From contig JAYWIR010000021.1 of the NCBI GenBank assembly GCA_036172245.1, forward strand, positions 434,001 through 498,000: a stretch of 64,000 nucleotides of DNA, in the 5' to 3' direction. The stretch comes from Raillietiella orientalis. Taxonomy: Eukaryota. Position 1 is the first letter of the stretch, and every line of letters begins with the position of its first letter. A program made the translations under genes and the position numbers. Shown in pieces: positions 1 through 13,986 of the stretch. The notes below the pieces were generated by a model, which saw only the letters and a list, made by a program, of their open reading frames with translations, was not told the DNA's origin and did no database searches.

Positions 1-624
1 TATGTGTATTTTGTATAATAAACGTCCCGGCGGGACCGGGTGATAAAACCAAGGGTTGAGAGCTGGTCGACCTTTGCCTCGGCGATGGCGCCCTCACACG
101 TATTGTTCCTTTCCTTAGAAACACTATACGGAGGACTCTCAGGCAGAACATGCCGCCGTGTGGCACTGGAAATGACTTCCCTCCCCTGTAGGCCTTTCGC
201 TTTCCGAATGGTTGAAGGCAAGAATCTCTCTGCACCCGTGATGGTTTCACGAAGCACGTCTGCGCGTCGCTCGTGGTTCTTGAAAACACTCTCCTGAAGC
301 GGAGATGAAGATGCTGGGCAAGGGACCACGGGATACTCGTCATCCTCATTCTGAGCTCCAGTCCGTAAAAGGCAACTGGTAGAGGTGGGCCGAGGAAGGC
401 ATCTCGGATTTTTGCACACGGATCGAAGAACGGCTGGTTCCGTGAGGGACCTCAGGAAAGCGCAACCAGCTGAATGCCCAAGGCCAAACAAGAGAGTTTG
501 CACTGGATCGCAGGGGGTTGAGCCGCTGGATCGCCAGGGAAACCCACAATGCAGAATCTGTCCCTGCCTTTGAGAAAGCTGTTGGCACAAATGGTGAGGC
601 TGGAAGACAACATCCGCACCCGCC

Positions 625-1500
625 CGCGTGGGCCAGATGTCGCCCGCGGGCTGAGGTCTCCGTGCCACGTGGCACCTGGCGTCGCAGATTCGAATCCCGC
701 CGCCGGGGCGAGGATCGAACACACCAGAGTAATGGGGGTGCGTCGTGGGTTTCGAGTTCCCCCTCCTCCCGCAGGATGATGGTGGTTGGTCTCTGTTCGC
801 TCCAAGCACTGCGGCACTGGTGGAAGCAGCCGAAAGACTCTGCTGGCTGGTCGGATCCTCCGGGATCCTTCCGGGAATCAAGGAACCCTTTGGGGTTCCC
901 TAACTCTCAGTTGTGAAAGTGGGACCGTATTCCTCCACCGAACGGCGTGGGGCGGTGTCAAAGAACTGCATGAGCCACTGGGAGAACGATCCTTCCACTC
1001 CTGACGAACCAAAGAAAGGAGAAGCCCAGCTGATGGAAGCAGCAGTTCGTATCGCAGGGAGTTTCTAAGTCTCCCGAGGGGAGTCGGATGGAGGTCCGGA
1101 GGGAGCATCCACCTATCCGAAATTTCTACACCCCGAGGCAGTGAAAGGGAAGGCGAGGAGGACATTCCGGGCTGGAGTGATTTCTTCGGTTTCCGGTCCC
1201 GATCCTCCGCAAGAGGGAAGCAAGGAGAAGCAAAGTATTGAAAGAAGGAAATCAGCGGTGGCGCAGCGAACGTCAGTCAGCGTCTGGTGCTTTGGATGGG
1301 ACACACTGCACCACCAGAAGGAACCGTCGAAAGATCGGAGTTGCAGGGATTCCTGTGACTTGCCATCCCCCTTTCGGTTCGGAACACTCCTCTCTCCTCC
1401 GAATTCTTGTTCGCTCACCCACCCACCCGTGACAGCTGCTTGCAAGTGTTGCTGCCGTTCTACTGCAAAAGGGATAACACGACGGGAAGAGGAAGAACCT
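625..1500 (+). mobile_element. tRNA-headed structured repeat (SINE-like), copy A; ends approximate
   Basis: cgtggcacc..GATTCGAATCCC (B box 687-698), aggatcga, a second gtttcgagttcc, and core gcactggtggaag (814-826), shared with copies B and C. Confidence 0.7.
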
Positions 1501-4500
1501 TCATCCTGAGAGAAATGAGAGGAAGGGGGGAGGGGATGGCAAAATGAAAATCAAAACGTGAAAACCCCTAACTGCTGCCCGAGGCCGTCTTTTGAACTTT
1601 GGACGTGCCCGCCGTGCAGCGGGAAAAGGAAATTTCCTCTCCGAGTTTCCGCCTTGATTTTAAGCACAAGTGCGATGCAGCCGACATTCCTTCCATGTGG
1701 CGGAAGACGCGGATGGAAGGCCAACGGGAACCAAATAGTTCGCTTCCTTCGATAAACTGCTTACGTGCCTCCCCGTGTCCAGGAAAGAAGTGATCCTTGG
1801 TTTCCCCTTCTTGCTCCAATGGAGCACTGGAAGTTCGCGAATCTAAGTGTAAAAGCTCTTAAGCAGCCCTGAAGATCACATGAGAAGCCACGCACCTGCG
1901 TCGAAACGCTCTAAATGGAAACCAATCTGTGGAAATCTCTGAATTATAAGTAGCGGATACTCGCAGGTCAGCTTCGATCTCCGTGAGACCCCAGAGAGAA
2001 ATCTCTTATAAAATCGCTGAGATTCTTCGTCGGACAGAGCAAGGACCCAGGAAATTCACCCCAGTAGCCCCTGACAGAAGAACCGAAACGAAAGGAGAAA
2101 AACGTCAACCGTGGAGGTGCCTGAGAGATTCTGAGTGAAAGCAGTTCGTCCCTCGTTGGAAACACTCGCTGCAACACGTGGAGAAAACAAAGGTAGTCGG
2201 TTCTTTTCAGACGGAATTCTCATCCAGGGTTTGTTCCCTAGGGCTTGGAAGTGCGAGGGCTCCTCGCCACTTTTTCTTCTTCTTCCACTGAGCAAGTGAA
2301 TCTCATTCATCCCACCAGAAGCCAAGTCAAGTGCCAACTCAGATCCCATGTATCTGGAACTGCGGAATTTCAGAAGGCTTTCAGAGCACTCAGCAAGTGA
2401 GCTTCCTTTTCAGAAGGAAAACCAAACAGAAGCGGTGAAGGCGCGACAGACGGGAACAAGGAGACAAGTTATATACATACATACAAGTATTACATAGTCA
2501 GATTCTAAGCTGCTAAAAGTTTGTGTGAGAAACCCGGAACACTAGACAGACACGACCACCGATGGAGAACGACCCGGGAACGTAAAGTCTATGAATGATA
2601 TCTGGGCAGAGCATTGGAGATTCCCGAAAATCTGCTTGTTCCGCAGCTTTAAAATCTTTCCCGCCGAGCAGGAAGGACTTGTTCATCCGCGATTAATTAT
2701 TATGCTGCTTGGTAGTCCTTTTTGGTCGACAGAAAAGAACCTCGCTCTTTGTTGTCGAAGATGCCCAGCATCCAATGCGCAAACGAGAGTCTGCAACATT
2801 TCGACTTCCAGGAACTTGGGCGGGAAGAAGCTGAGCAAAAAAGCAAACGCTCCTAATGCGGAGCAACGTCCGTCGGAAGACGTAAGGCATTCGATCCTGC
2901 TGACGCATCCGTTCCATCCTTTGGATCATTTGCGAGAAGCACCCGCTCGGAGGCGAAGGGCGGAGCCACCGACTGTGGCTGTCGGAAAAGTCGAGAGTCG
3001 CGGGTGGGTAAAACAGAAGCACCTCAGTGCACGTGGAGTCATCGGGGATTACGGAATAGTGCAAGAAGTCCTTGTGCACGGGGAAAGTCATCCCGTTCTC
3101 CACCGACTTGCACTGGACAGAGTGAATCCTCCCTGTTTTCCGAGAATGCACTTCGGGATGGCGACCCATTGGACCCCATCCCGAAGGGAGGGTGCAAGGT
3201 TTGGAGGCTGCGCGGGACCATCGCTGCGGCCGCCCCCGACCCCGCGCTTCTTCGCATTAAAACGTGGCTGATCCGATGGAACCCTTTGAGTTCACTTGAA
3301 AATTAGGAGGTTCGGACCGATGCGTACACTTTGAAACAACAAAAAATTAGGTTTCGGTTCATAAGCTGCATCAAAGTTGCACGAGGGAGGGTGAGATGGG
3401 TTCTTGTTCCAGCACCGCAGTGCACTTTTGATGCATGCTGAAAATGCTTTGAGCACACGCCCACATGAGAAATAAAATCCACGAGTGAGGAGAGGATGCG
3501 TTCTTTTGGGTGTATCCCCGCTCTGTGTTTTTTTTACGAGTCCAAACGGCTGAGTTCACACCTTTCGCGACACTTCTCCATGCCCAACGTATCGTCTACA
3601 TTCCAGTTCTGTCGCTTCCCAACCGTGGAAACGTCGAGCAGAAAAGGCACTTTCTTCCGTGGCAGCAGCAGAAGTAGGCCGCGTGGTAAAGGGACATTCC
3701 GAGTCGCGACTTTTTGTCCACGGAGTTCTGCGCCGCCCCTCGTGGCTGCGGGGAAACTCCCTTGGAATATCGTTCGACCAAATCGGTTGCTGTTCTGCTC
3801 GTGTCCTCCGACAGCCGGCCACATGGGAATAGGAAGGAAGGGGGGGAGAGGAACGAAGCGTAGCACTCATCCGACCGAAGATGCGTCTTCTCCACTTGTC
3901 CGCAGGTCTTCTCCATTCGACGCAACGAAGAAAGGGCGCGCCCCCCCCCCCCGAGGCAAACAAATATAGAATGGCTCTTAATGGCTTTCGCCTTGGGTCC
4001 ACAAAGTCCACATCTACCAACTGCGGCAAGCCTTTCCTCCTCGAACCTCTCTGCTCCACGCTGAGATGGATTGTATGACCCATTCGAAGACATTCTCGGA
4101 ACTCGTCGTCGTTGTCCGAGCACTTTTCCGCGTTCTCGTTTGTTCCTTTACTCCAAACACGAGGCCAGCCTCGATCCCGCGCCTCCGTTCAATCAGGTGG
4201 AAAGGGCGAGGTCAGTTGTCTGCACCGATCCCTCACTTTTCACAAATACAGAAATCCACCACCTTTCGGTCACCGAGGCAAACTGACCGAAAACCGATCT
4301 TAAATGAGCAGCCACCGACATGCACCGCACCAATTTTTCCTTTTTTCCTTGCTTAATGCCAATAAATACTCGTGTCCTCCACGAATGTGAAATTTCCTGT
4401 GTTTATGAAATGACAAGGCATTCAGAAAATGCGCAATGGTTATGTGAAACACAGATAATGACGTGCCCCCCCTTCAACACCTATTGCACCACGAAACGTT

Positions 4501-4834
4501 ACGCAACCACAAATTGCTACGGAAAACCCCATGGGTGTACAAATGGGGAAGCACCCACAATTTCTCGCAACGAAGGATGCGGGTGCTCAGGCTGAAAATC
4601 ACTACATCGTTCTAAAAATGAAAACAATACCTCAGTAATAAACATTGAAAATATATTGTCATTCATATGATAACATCAGCATGACAAATTAGATTTTATT
4701 TATTTATTGCTTCTACCCATGTTTTATTGCTTTCAACATATTGTGGTACGCAAGTGACATGGATCACTGCAAATACCAAACAAGAGCATCCAACAACATA
4801 CCATGTTATCACAGCATAAAATGAAATAGTACAA

Positions 4835-5069
4835 TCATCGATGCACGGGAGCTGCAAATTGAAATGGTTAAGAAAATCAAATTCAGCAAACTCACTCTTC
4901 TTCAAAGCCAATTGATTCATGGTGGGGGATATTGGCTTAGCTGATGATCGATTGGAAAGCAGATTATCCAAATTTATATTCAACATATCAAGAGATTCCC
5001 AAGTGCTTCCAACATGAGTATGCTGTGAAATCTGACAAGGGTAAGACTCTTGAAAACCTGTTGATTCAG
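4835..5069 (-). CDS. lqfR: Alternative 3' exons of epsinR (5069-4896, 4851-4835), giving the Tel2-less isoform
   Basis: The acceptor ttttttgttccag|CTG at 5069 is in phase with donor 7470. It encodes GSTWESLDMLNINLDNLL...PTMNQL, the epsinR C-terminal motif. There is a 44-nt GT-AG intron (4895-4852) and an AATAAA cluster near 4695-4708 on the minus strand. Confidence 0.8.
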
Positions 5070-5103
5070 CTGGAACAAAAAAAGGCTGGAAGCACATATG
5101 ACA

Positions 5104-7421
5104 TCAACTGCACAAAGGAAGAAAATAGGTTCTGGGAAACAAGTCTTTAGCTAAAAGAGTTAACTTGCAACCTTCTTCGGTATTCTCACTGTGAGACGCA
5201 AGCCACTCGAACATTTCATTCATTTCTGTGCTATGTGGAAGCAGGGCCAATGGGGGACACACCATGCTGGCAACAGATATGCACCACAACGTTGCCAAGC
5301 GAACTCCTGTATCATCGTGCTGACGAGTTTTATGACACACCATTAGCAATTCGTGGCATAAAGACACAATGGAAATATCACTTCCGGAATGAAGCACAAT
5401 CTGTCCAAGAGTTATTAACCACTGTTGCAATAATAATGCTTCTTCCCACAATAATTGATTAAAAGAACCTGTTGCGGACTGACCACCATAAATGAGTGGG
5501 TAAAAAAAGGAAGCTACAACAGAAACCCGAGAATCATTTAAAACGGGCGTTGCACCAGAGGCTCGTGAAGTGAAATATCGAGTTGTAAGCGGAAGACGTT
5601 CTTCCACCAGTTGTAAGGAAGGCTTGATGGCTTTTGCGGAACTCCTTGCACTAGGTTTGGAAGCGGTGGACAAATTACGAACTGCATTTTGAAATGTAAA
5701 GAGTACATCAAGATGCTGACTAACAGTACAGTGTGGACTGCAAAACTGATCTCCTAGGTAGCGAACTCCTACTCTTGGGCAGGAAATCAAACAAGCAGTC
5801 ATGCTACTGATGCGTTCATCATGAACAGGTACGCCAAATCGGTTATCAAGATGTAGCAGGATGCGTAGCGCTTCCACTGCAAGATCTTCATTCCCACACA
5901 GCTGCTCAAGAAGCATTTCTTCCATTGACTTCAAGCACATCACAAAATGTTCACTGTCCTCTGTGTCCATTAACTGCTCTAGTGCTTCTCGAATATGCAA
6001 GGCCTTGCAGACAACAGCTGATGGTTGATCATTACTGAGATCATAAGAAGGAAGATCATCATCATCATCACTGTCCAACTCTTGCCCTGGTGGTTTGTTT
6101 GGAACAACCTGCTCCTCATAAACGATTACTTTTTCTACATTCCGATTGCAGTCCCATTTTCCACTCAATAATGCAAGCAACTGCTGCGAAATAGCTTCAT
6201 CCCTTGGAACATACTCTAGAGGAGGACCATCAGGGCACAGTTGCTTCAAACAAATGCAAGCCGTGGTCATACCTAAGTCTTGCATGTTATCAAGAGTGCA
6301 ATCCAAATGTGATGGTACACTCTTAATCAACTGCTGAACGAGCTTACTACAGTCAAATGAATTCTCATGAGATGTTAGCAAGCCAACGGCAATAACTAAA
6401 GCCCATGTCAAGCTGAGATGCTGTTGAAAAGATGTATGCGCAATGGCATCACGATTACCCCATAAGGCCAAAATCTCCAAAAGGCATTCATAGACAGTCT
6501 GTAGAGATGGGTCACAAAGTTGTACATATTTAAAGATATTAATCAGTATGAGTGGTTCACAGTATTCACGCAGAAATACGAATTTCTGTGTTAAACATGA
6601 CAAAACACGTGGCTTCTGAAGCAAATTGCCTAACACAGAATACATACAATCTGGTTGAGAGATCTGTAAAAAGACACTTAAAAGTCTCTCTACTGAACGA
6701 TCTGGAATCAGTGAGAAAAGATGCTGGGTTACAGAACTATACAACGCATTTTTCTGACACTGAACAGTCATAGTAGGCATCATGGGTGACAAAATGTAGA
6801 AGGGATCATATAACAGCAGCAGTTTCCCTACTAATTGGGTCAATGATTGCACTGAATAGTCACAACTTCTCTCTGATCCTTCTGTGAGCAGTAACAACAC
6901 CTGTTGCAATGCTTGGGCTATAGAACTACAAAAAGCACGTGGTTGTAAACTATCTGGTATATCCCCACCAAAGCAATTGGCCAAACGATCAGGAAGACTG
7001 GCAATACCCAAAATGGAACTTGTACACTGCACTTCTTGAGGACCACATGCTGCCCAAAGAGGACTGACAAGATAGCAAGGGTGCAGCATCTGCTTGAGCA
7101 AAGTAAGCAGTTGCATCTTGCGCTCCAAATTTAGGCCACCATGTTCTAGGATATCCATTAATTCTCCAATGGTCTCAATGACACCACCACAAGAGCAGAA
7201 ATGCACCAGACAAGAGAGATGTGTCGGAATATCAACATGCATAAAAAGTTGACGAATCAGAGGAATCCAGACCTCTTGTTTGAAACTTAAAGAGATAAAA
7301 GATGGTTGGTCAACACCTGCAAACTGTTGTTCATTCATGGGTCCAGGAAGCCAATCTGATAACTCAATGAGGTCGGACTGCACACTGTGCCCTCTGAGTA
7401 TAGCATTTTGCAAATGGGCCA
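5104..7421 (-). CDS. tel2: Tel2/TELO2 domain encoded by one 2.3-kb exon (TTT co-chaperone subunit)
   Basis: 788-aa ORF with LPDRLAN, the acidic ELDSDDDDDLPSYDLSND motif, HIREALEQL and a C-terminal DDTGVRLATL, all typical of TELO2. Confidence 0.92.
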
Positions 7422-10397
7422 CTACAAGGCCGTCACTCCCACCAGAATACAGAAATAAAAGAACACTCACCTGTTGAAGTAAAAGGTGCAGCAGATGACA
7501 TCAACTGAGAATTGTTCGCAATTGAATTAGATTCCGTTAGTAATGACTGGAAAAAAAATAAAACAACTACCAAGTTCTGAAGACACTTACAGAAGACACT
7601 GAATGAGGGCTTTGTCCTTGTGATACAGGCCATGAAGGTAAGACTTCTTCCAAACAATTTTGCTTAGAAGAGAATGATACAGCTGGAGGCAAATTCTGAG
7701 ATATGTCAAGCAAAGTATCAGTGTGCCTAACAGAAGCCATAATAGTATAAAATCAGTCTTGAACAATATCTGCTTACTGAGTAACAACAGGAAAGGCACT
7801 TGCAAAGTCTCCAAAATCATTAGTAGAATTAGCATGCAAGTCACCAAATTTGCATGTTTCCTCCAGAGAACATAGTAAATCGCCAGTTGGTGGATCCTTA
7901 ACTTTCTGAGTTCCCTCAGTGATAGGAGAACTCTGCAATATTACTTCCAGGTTAGAAAGAAACTTTGCATTTCAAACTTACTCTTAAATGGGAGAATGTC
8001 ATTTGTTTATTGCCAGTCTTACTGCTATCCTCATCGTGGTACTCCTTTTTCTTAACATCATGTTCCACTTCCTGATTACAGCTGGAATGGCAAACAAATG
8101 TGAGCCATTGCACCAGCATCCCACTGATAGTATTCACCCTTCACTTTTACTTCTCCAACTAGGGATAACATTATCTTTCCAATGACATACTGAGCCATCC
8201 CAACTGTTGAATTGATCAGCTGAGCATCACACTTCATAGAATAGTTTCACAAAAAGCACAACTCACAGTAGCCAGAACCCAACTGATCATTGGAAATCCC
8301 TACAAATTTTTCTCTATTCCTTTTGGCTTTTTTTCTTTCCTCCCTCAGCCTATCATCGTCCTGTATAAACACAATAAGCTCCTTCACTTTGTGTCTGGAA
8401 GAAATATTTCCACTTGACAGCCAAATGGACTGAACTTGTTACCTAACATTAACACCTAAATCTTTTCCCTGATCATCTAAATATGTGAAACGTTCAAGTG
8501 AACGAAGATCATAAATGTGCTCTTGTGCACAACTTACTACACGTTCTGACCCATTACGAAGAAGGTAGGAAAGCACCAAAAGTGACTAAAAATGAATTTA
8601 AGCATTTTTTTCAAAACTCCCAGACAATTGTATAAAAGATTACCTTATAAGTGCGTCTCCAATTTTTTTTCTCATGAAGCATTCTTTTCCACAACATTCC
8701 CATTACTTCAGGGAAATGTTCAAATGTATATGTTGCTTGGGCTAATTCTTGCATAATAGCACCAGTGGGTCCCCAGCTTTCATCATTGGTTGCTTCACGA
8801 ACCTTAGCCTCAAGTTCACTGTAATTCATTACCACATTGGTACTGAAAAAAAATAAAAAGAAAATAAAACCCTCTGAGAAAACTGCGGGGAAAACAAAAT
8901 CTGCAAATTGTTTCATATTACAAGAATATGGAACAATCTTCTGATTGTGGACATACTTTTCAATGAGTATTGATGACTAGATTCTAGATGAAAAAACCTC
9001 GTTACTGATCATGCCAGTTTAAAATATTAAACACTCGTTTTTAACTGTCCAACTAAAAACACCAGAAAACTCGGAAACCTAAAAGAAATGAAGCATCTAT
9101 GTGTGATAAACAAATGTTTATGTTCATGCCTTCTTGTTTAACAATGCCCCTTTACTTTACATCCACATTCCATGATGACCCGTAATGATTCATTCACAGC
9201 AAATGATACATCATCATAGCATCTTGAAATGGAATTTCAATTTTTATTTTCTACTTTGACAACAAATACAGAAATGCATCACATATAAATACCTAGAACC
9301 CATCTAACGAACACAGATTGAACAAAATCAAACACATTGTGACCCTAAGTAGAATAGTTGACCAAAAATATGTATGCTTCAAAAATAAATCCTCGTAAAT
9401 GAAAACACTGAAAAGGTAACTCTTTTTTTTTTTTTTTTTTTTAATATTATCTTTTAAATAGAAACAGAATTCGGGCAAACTCAACAGAAACTTGGGTCTT
9501 AAAATGATGTATTTGACAAAATGCTTTAGAAATGTGAGTTTCCATGAATACCTTTTGAACTTTTATGAGTTACTTTAGCCTTCAAAGATTTCTGTCTTTC
9601 CAAATTTCTTATTTTTTGTAAACTTACATTTATACCATTTTCTCTAAGGTACCACTAAAATGCAACACAATGAATCCAGCAAAACTATGCAAAAAATGAA
9701 CCTTTTATTCAAAGAATTATCCAAAAACGGGTCAAAAATATTTTAACAGTAAATACCAGCACACCTGATAAGAAATACATCTCCTAGATTTGACTGAAAG
9801 TGAAAGCAAAAAAATTCGTTAAACCCTGACTCGTGCAAACAGAAAATTCTCAATCATTGCAAGCCACTAACGCACATTATACCGTTAGGTGTATAACATA
9901 AGACTTTGATGTTTGCAAAACTTATAAAGTGATGCAACAAAAAAAGACACTTGGAAAACAGTAGCGAATTCCTATCTTATTCTATGACTTAATTGTACTT
10001 TCTTCAAACAATACCTTAATTACATTTCGCAAAGGCCACGATACAGAAACGGTCGTGAAATCTGAATCTGGAAAAACAGTTGGGTATGGGTTTTTTCGAT
10101 CCCAAAAATAAGCTACCACATGATGAGGTGTAAAATCGCTAGTCATTTTTTCATCCCAAAGTCCCCAATTAGCAATACATGTAATCTACTATGAAAACAA
10201 AATTATCACTTTATATAAGCCTCTTTCAACAGAGTAATCACCCTGTGCCTTTAAGAACTCAATTCTGTATTGGTCAAACAAATTTGAAACAATTAATGCA
10301 TGCACATTCATCGCCAAAAATAAAATTAACGGATTCGATGCATAGCCTCATGTGAAAAAACTCACACTTTATCTGCCAAATCTCTAATTTTCCACAT
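5104..10397 (-). CDS. lqfR: EpsinR (CLINT1/lqfR)-Tel2 fusion isoform; exons 10397-10366, 8842-8644, 8585-8443, 8394-8267, 8219-8138, 8081-7982, 7932-7778, 7726-7591, 7546-7471, 7421-5104
   Basis: ENTH N-terminus MWKIRDLADKV|TNVVMNYSELEAKVREATNDESWGPTG...SLLVLSYLLRNGSERVV and a DFGDF AP-1-binding motif. All introns are GT-AG with consistent phases. A 49-nt intron (7470-7422) joins the epsin part in frame to the long Tel2 ORF. Confidence 0.88.
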
Positions 10398-10859
10398 GAT
10401 GCACCAGTATGAATGAATCTGCGTTAAGGCAATCGTTCTGCAAAACTTGCGGCAAACTCTCCGATCTCAAACGTCTGCATTGCAAGCTTATCCCATAAAA
10501 ACTCTATTAGAAAAAAAAATCAAGGAATGGCACATTACTCATACTCGGTGTTTTCCTTTCTGGATTAAGTGGAGGTGCTAATTTTCGAGAAGAGTATTCG
10601 GCTGCTGGCTTGCAGTATATCCTGGGCAGCGATTGCGTAACGTCGAGACGTGGATCACCATTGGTTACAAAACAAATCTCTCGCTGCCTGCGAGAACCGC
10701 TGACACAGAAAGTCGCGACGCAGGGTTCACACGGTGGGACGAAATGGAATGGGAGAGATTTCATAATTTGGATTTTTCTTACGTAACGCACGTTTCCGAC
10801 GGGAAACATACATGAAACAAGTAGAATTGAGTTTCATCTCCAGCCCGAATTTACTCCGC

Positions 10860-11480
10860 CCAAGGGAAACAGTACTGCACTGTGCCACATGCATTCCTGC
10901 ATAGGGAATCTATTCCATACGAAGGTGCTGATCCCAGAGTGCCCGTTTTTTTTTTTTTTTTTCGAAAAAAACTTCTTGTGAGCAAATAAGAATTTCAAAG
11001 GGGCAGCGGGTAAACAGCCGCGGATTGCCGATGGGTTCTCAAGTGTGGGTATCCGTCACTTGCAACAGAAAGTTTAACAACCTTCCAGATGGTGAATGAA
11101 ATGCATAAATTAAATAAAACAGTTTGACAGGGTTTCATACATCCCAGTAAGTACATTTACTGAGATTGCCGAATCGAATTTGACGTGAGGGCAAAGAAAA
11201 ACTTGTCAGAAAGAGATTGCAAAATCCTCAGTTGTTCTGGAATACGGCATGTGATTTGCATGGATCAGGCAGGATGGTTTGCAAACTTTTCCTGAATAAT
11301 TTCCTTCCGCCAACAGTGAATTCACAATACTGGGATCTTCATGGTTCCTGGGTCACTTCGAAACGGTCCAGTTTTTTGCTCATGGGTGACTAAAACTGGA
11401 ATAAACGAATTTTCCAACGACGAATAGAGACGCGAAATTTACAAGCAGGTAATTATCCGGAGACTTCATTATCTTCATTA
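10860..11480 (+). mobile_element. Decayed Merlin/IS1595-like transposase relic (AT-rich)
   Basis: In one frame from 11032: WVLKCG...FIHPSKYIY*DCRIEF (cf. WVFGG...HI.PG.IIYSDCW.AY), with a stop at the Ser position. Confidence 0.5.
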
Positions 11481-13975
11481 TCACATTCGCTGATAGCAAA
11501 GAAGGAAATCGTCAAATAAAAAATAATCCTGCCAACTGCTGGGTTGCATATTTTCTTGAGAAAAGTAGGTGGCAGCATTACTGCTTGCAAAATGAGCTTC
11601 AAATTTGAGATGTTGTTCTAAGATTTGGGAGACTAGACAGGTCTCTTTGATCCCTTAGCAGCCTTTTTGACTCATATATCTCACGGCTAGTACAATCCTC
11701 AGCCTGGCTCAAAGTTCTAGTGAATTCATAAATTGTGCTCAAGTTCATATTCTTTCAGGAAACTTCACCTTAAAACTTCAATTGCCGCTTCAATTCTCTG
11801 AAGTTTCCAAAATTCAGAACTCATGTTTATTTCATTAAACACAATTGTGGGGAGTTTTCTTGTTTATAAAGATGAAAGATTCACTAGCCGTAATTTTGTA
11901 ATTTAGAGTCGTCTTTTCCCATTCGAATTTTCATCTCCAGTTGAGTAAATTGCATTGCTTCAAGTTAAATTTTGGATTTGGTAAAGAACATCTGTAATTT
12001 CATTTGTATCAGCTGTGAATTACATGGATCATCTTGAAGAAAATCGGCTTGTGGCGTGAAATTTTCTAGATTGGAGAAGTTATGAGATAAGTTTGTGTTT
12101 CTCAACCGTATCGGAAAAAGTTATAGTACGTAAAGATCCTCTGAATCACATCAAATTGCTTCAAGCGCGATTCCTGCTAGTTCCATTGCATGAGAATTTT
12201 CCATTTTTTGCTATGATGTTTTCGACTTCAATCTTCTAAAGGCTAGTCTTTTTCGTAACGTGGAATTCATGAAACCCTCATGACCAAACTACACTCCATA
12301 GACAAGAATATGCACTATTGATTCTCTCCAAACCACTGAGCGATTGTTTTCAGATTTCTTTTGGATTAGAGCTAAAACCTAATTTGTTAAAATTATTGTC
12401 CTTACTTATAACTAAACCTTAAAAGTCCTTCCACTCTTGTTAGTCCGCCTTTTGATGGAAGCCATCTCCTTTTTCGATCAGGAAAATGGGAGAATAAACT
12501 CCCAGTTTCTCAGGTACTCAACTTGAAACAGTGAGATAATAACCAGAGTTTTTGTTGTTGCAGCACCTGAATTAGACAAAATTCGTGGAAACTGGGAATT
12601 TAAAATAGCGTCAAAAAGAGCAGTTATCGTCATTGTCATAATTTAAACCGGAAAGTCGTGATTTGCCACGCAATTCCAAGGATGGAATCGAGATATAAAC
12701 TAACAGCATGACAAATCGTGAATAATTCTCCGGAACAGATGCTTCTGCTAAAAGAAACTTGTGTCTTCAACATGTTAACTTTTAGAATTACCGTACCAAT
12801 TTAAGCACGGTACGTATGGTGCTATGCATGGATTATAAGAGGGGAAGCTACTCATTTAGTTTCATATTTCGCAAGAGAGGAAACCATAAAATGCATATGA
12901 TTCATAGGTGAGATGAAATGAGGTGATGGAACGTTTGTGAGATGCAAGTGTAAGTATGGATCTTCATTTTAAAGTGTAAGTTTATAATCTGAGAAAAGTC
13001 AAGTATTTGGCTCCATGCTGAAAGAAGTCACTCGTTAAACCTTTAATTCAGTTCGACTGACTCAGTTCCTTTTACCCATACCTACAATGAGTCTCATGAA
13101 TTCAAATCTCGAAAGAAAGCACAGCGAGAGGATTTTATACCTGATCTACGAGTAGAATTGTGTTTTTAAATAAGAAAAATTTTAAAAGGAAAATTTTCTT
13201 TTTGATGTTTTCAAACCTTGGCAAAACAACCTTTGAAAAGCCTTCCTGAAAACGAATGGGAACTCAATTTTAAGAGATAAAAAGTGGAAGCATAAAAGTC
13301 ATGAGATTTATAGTACTTACACTTAGCCACACAACCACCATATACATAGTTGCTTGTCATTAGACTTGGAAAGATTTTGATGTTATATTTTAATTTCAAG
13401 AAAATCTCTGATACATAAAGATCATTTTCAACCATGTGATTTCAAATTTTAGTGTTCAGCCAAGTGTAGAATTATACTTTCATGACGGTGGAAAGATTAT
13501 AATTAGTTTGAGTTTGAGTTTTCTACAAAACATTCAACGTAGTGAGTATTGATGGAAACCAGCGTGCTGTATTTATTTCAGAAATATTGCTGACTTTCTA
13601 TGCTTTAAATTATTATGGTACGAGTGTAATCTGAAGGGAGCTATTAACTTTACATATTAATCAGAAATCTGATAAATAGAAAGCTTCTCTATTTCATTCG
13701 TATTAGGAAATAAACTCTCTTTTAGCTTGTCGAGATGCATCGATTTTCTCCAAATTTTCATGGAATTTGAAATTTTTACAAGTTTCCCACTGAGTTGACA
13801 TATCTTAGACATAATGAGTTCACCGATTTTCAAACAAGAGAAGGACTTAATGTAACGCTAGAAATGAAATCACAATAAGCATTTTTGATTTTGGATAGAG
13901 ATTTTAATGAAAAAAATAATGAGAATTCTTTTTGAAAAAATAATATTCCATTAAAAGTGCACACGCAACTTGGCA

Positions 13976-13986
13976 TGTCTTTCCGG
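13976..13986 (+). promoter_or_regulatory. Possible TCT/5'-TOP initiator of RPS10
   Basis: Pyrimidine motif tctttcc about 120 nt upstream of the ATG, followed by a possible 5'UTR intron ending in cctgtag at 14085. Confidence 0.45.

Noticed and set aside
1000..1030. Hammerhead ribozyme core (CTGACGA)
   Set aside because: No properly placed GAAA after stem II, no stems I/III, and not conserved in copies B and C.
9100..9220. C/D snoRNA in lqfR intron 1 (ATGATGA on the sense strand)
   Set aside because: No CTGA D box or terminal stem at a suitable distance.
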